A DNA stretch of 64,000 nucleotides from NCBI GenBank assembly GCA_963663385.2, contig CAXXXD010000002.1, positions 1,600,001-1,664,000 of the forward strand, read 5' to 3'. This document shows, in pieces, positions 61,301-64,000 of the stretch. Under the pieces are notes generated by a model that ran no database searches, had not been told where the DNA came from, and saw only the letters and a program-made list of their open reading frames with translations. The first letter of the stretch is position 1, and the number at the start of each line of letters is the position of its first letter. The translations under genes were made by a program, and so were the position numbers. This DNA is from Oceanispirochaeta sp. (GTDB lineage: Bacteria; Spirochaetota; Spirochaetia; DSM-2461).

Positions 61301-63985
61301 TCAATCTTTGTACTCCCTGAAACTTCTCATAAGACCATCAAATGAAGTCGGTTTATACTTATGAAAAGCCGCTTCATCAACAAAGACAAAATCAAAATGT
61401 ATATCTTTCTGAACTCTGTTGATGTCTTCACACCACTGCTTAAGTCTTTTCATCTTTTCCGGTACATCCAAATCTTCAAGACCTTTTGTTTCGACAATTA
61501 CTATCTCTTTATTTGTGACTTTCACAAGAAAATCCGGGTAGTAATTTGAAGGAAAACCATCTTTATTGATGTAATCAATAGTAAAGTGAACTGCTAGGAA
61601 GTTTTTGGCATAGGAAATAATGTCGGTACAATCTTCAAGAAAAGCTGCAAATTCAAGTTCAAGATGGCTGTCTCCAATAATTTTATTAAAAACAGATTTC
61701 TTGGGTATGATGAAACCTTGATCTTTAGCAACAAAGGGTCGTGTTTTTCTCAATTTTATATAATCGCGAATCTCTGCATCGCCTTTATCCTGCACAGTCA
61801 GTTCATTAATATATTTCTTGAATGATTCAATGATCGTTTTTGTGGCCTGTAGTTCAGATAAATTTCTTAGTGTATTCAGATCATCGATTTCAACGGTTTC
61901 TTGAAATAAATGATTGGCAATGAAATCCTTAACTTTGCCATAAAGAACATCGTATCCGCTGACAAGCCGTAAATCTTTCATTATTACCTGAGCGAAGTAA
62001 CCTACGACACTTCTATAATCTGTTACCGCAGTTGTATCCAGGTGCGTGACATGATTTACCTCGTTGGTGGTAATATCCTTAAAAACAATTTCACGTTTTT
62101 GTTCTTCTGAAAATTCAAGATATTCAATCTTTTGATTACCGAAAGATGAAGGGTTTAAGTTGGCAAAATTTTTATATTCACGATATATTCGGGGAGTAAG
62201 AACAGGTATTTCGATATCCAACTTTTCAATATCCTTGTTGGTATTTTCATTATCAACTTCAACAATGATCGGTGCTTTCGGTGCTGTGCCTTCCCCCATT
62301 GGTTTCCGTTCAAGCTCAACACCTTCACTTTGGATTGATTCAACAAAATCCATAAATGCATCAGTTCCGACAATGCTGACATATTCTTCTATGTCAGAAC
62401 CAAAGTACATACGGCGCAAACCACGGCCAAGTGTTTGTTCCGGTAAGATATTGCTTTTAGAAGAATATGCACGAAGTCCAACTATAGTTGTTACATTTCG
62501 AACATCCCAGCCTTCTTTCAGCATTAGAACTGATACGATGGCTTTGTACGGGCTATCCCAGCTATCAATTTTATTGGATTCATCTCGTAATTTGTCTAAT
62601 TCTTCTTTTTTCTTACCTGTTGTGGATTCTGAGATTTCACCACTTTTATTGGTATGAATAGTCATCACTGAATCTTTAAACTCCGGGAAGCTTGATTCAA
62701 GATATTCTGCAACTTCATCACAGTTTTTTGTGTCATCTGTCATAATGAAAAGAATGGCCTTTTTTCCAAGCTTTTCATGTTCAGAGTACACCTTCCGCCA
62801 TTCTTCAACTCCGAGATTAATGTAGTCGGAATACCGTTCTGTAAAAAGTGAGCTTTGTTTTTCTGCAAGTTTTGCTCGACTTGCACTATCAGGTAATACC
62901 GGATGCTTTACAACATTTTGTGAAATGGCTTCTACTAACGGATAATCAGAAATTGTCTGAACAAAAATTGCTCCGTTATTGTGTTTAGGTGTTGCAGTCA
63001 CATCAACCTGTAAAGAAAGAAAATGATCCTTTTGAAGGAGCTTATTATGTATATCCTGAATTGATTTAAACCAAGCAAGTTTAGAATCATGAATATGATG
63101 GGCTTCGTCATTTAACACAACAAGCTCGTCAATATCTCTAACAATCTCACCAAGATCAACTTTGGAGTCTGTTGTTTTTCCAGTCGGACGTTTACCAAGG
63201 AAATAATCCATTGTGTTTTCAGCAGCAAAACTTGCCTCGGCAGTATCAGCTGAATAAACACGATGAATATTGGTCAAAAAGATATTTCCTGTTTTGCGGA
63301 CAATACTGACATCATCCTGTATATGAAGTGTCAATTGAAAATCATCCTGCCAATTCTGACCGTCATACCCGTTGTCCGGAAGAATCGGGTCTTCAAAGAA
63401 AATTCGCAGTCCGTCAAAATCAGTTCTGATCCGGTCAAGAACAATGATATTAGGGGCAATTAAAAGGAAGTTTCTGGCAAGTTCCGAGTCTTCTTCATAG
63501 GTTTTATGAAAGTACGCCCATGCAAGGATCAGACTCATGACTTTTGTTTTACCGCTTCCGGTAGCCATTTTAACTACAAGCCGCCTCCATTCCTCATCAA
63601 ACATTCCCGCAGAAACCGCCTGGGAGGAATCGTAGCGAAGCATATCGTATTTATCTTTAACCTTTACCACATCATAAAGATAGATAACGGTTTCCACGGC
63701 TTCTCTTTGTGCATAGTAATACTTGAAAGGAATAACTGAACCATCGGCCTTGGGAATGAGGTGTTCGGTTTTAAACCACCAATTCAGCAAAGAAATGCTG
63801 GTATTGCTGGCTCCTTCATAATTTTTCTCCCTCCAGCCATGGATTTCTTTCCTTAACGAATGAACCAGAGGAGGCAGCAATTTTTCATAACTCGATTCCC
63901 TTAATGCTTCGTCAGCAGGGAACCAGCGGACATCCGGGTGAAGAATTTCATAAGGGGATGATGGAAAATCGGGATGTATTGCCAT
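61301..63985 (-). CDS. Type III restriction enzyme Res subunit-like (SF2 helicase plus PD-(D/E)XK nuclease)
   Basis: MATGSGKT, DEAHH, TATP, EGWD, Q..GRGLR, C-terminal YYPDF...VETKG. Confidence 0.88.
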   Translation of the reverse strand: MAIHPDFPSSPYEILHPDVRWFPADEALRESSYEKLLPPLVHSLRKEIHGWREKNYEGASNTSISLLNWWFKTEHLIPKADGSVIPFKYYYAQREAVETVIYLYDVVKVKDKYDMLRYDSSQAVSAGMFDEEWRRLVVKMATGSGKTKVMSLILAWAYFHKTYEEDSELARNFLLIAPNIIVLDRIRTDFDGLRIFFEDPILPDNGYDGQNWQDDFQLTLHIQDDVSIVRKTGNIFLTNIHRVYSADTAEASFAAENTMDYFLGKRPTGKTTDSKVDLGEIVRDIDELVVLNDEAHHIHDSKLAWFKSIQDIHNKLLQKDHFLSLQVDVTATPKHNNGAIFVQTISDYPLVEAISQNVVKHPVLPDSASRAKLAEKQSSLFTERYSDYINLGVEEWRKVYSEHEKLGKKAILFIMTDDTKNCDEVAEYLESSFPEFKDSVMTIHTNKSGEISESTTGKKKEELDKLRDESNKIDSWDSPYKAIVSVLMLKEGWDVRNVTTIVGLRAYSSKSNILPEQTLGRGLRRMYFGSDIEEYVSIVGTDAFMDFVESIQSEGVELERKPMGEGTAPKAPIIVEVDNENTNKDIEKLDIEIPVLTPRIYREYKNFANLNPSSFGNQKIEYLEFSEEQKREIVFKDITTNEVNHVTHLDTTAVTDYRSVVGYFAQVIMKDLRLVSGYDVLYGKVKDFIANHLFQETVEIDDLNTLRNLSELQATKTIIESFKKYINELTVQDKGDAEIRDYIKLRKTRPFVAKDQGFIIPKKSVFNKIIGDSHLELEFAAFLEDCTDIISYAKNFLAVHFTIDYINKDGFPSNYYPDFLVKVTNKEIVIVETKGLEDLDVPEKMKRLKQWCEDINRVQKDIHFDFVFVDEAAFHKYKPTSFDGLMRSFREYKD

Positions 63986-64000
63986 TATTTTTTACCCCCT

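Overview
Bacterial chromosomal window, probably from a free-living spirochaete (inference from the 'A(G/S/N)G-Q-E'-type N-termini of three sugar-binding proteins). Positions 1-50.7 kb hold four carbohydrate-utilisation clusters: (i) GH2 beta-mannosidase with an ABC transporter, two-component system and URO-D-like protein; (ii) an ABC transporter with a GH36/27-like hydrolase and two-component system; (iii) an AlgQ-like ABC transporter with two sulfatases and a five-enzyme redox/isomerase operon; (iv) an EbgR/EbgA-like beta-galactosidase with ABC, MATE and DMT transporters. Positions 50.9-64 kb are a mobile/defence hotspot. It has five co-oriented 3' ends of a class IIC group II intron, each followed by TT. 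Three of them sit just past the stop codon of a convergent minus-strand gene (GNAT, RelE/Phd toxin-antitoxin, type III restriction subunit), which resembles an intron-invaded, decayed integron cassette array. It also has a nested intron > IS66 > same intron structure: the IS66 has an 8-bp target duplication, and the inner intron splits IS66 tnpB at an attC-like fold. A small hairpin motif with covarying stems recurs at several junctions. No rRNA, tRNA, CRISPR array or integron integrase was seen. All calls are by eye; no searches were run.
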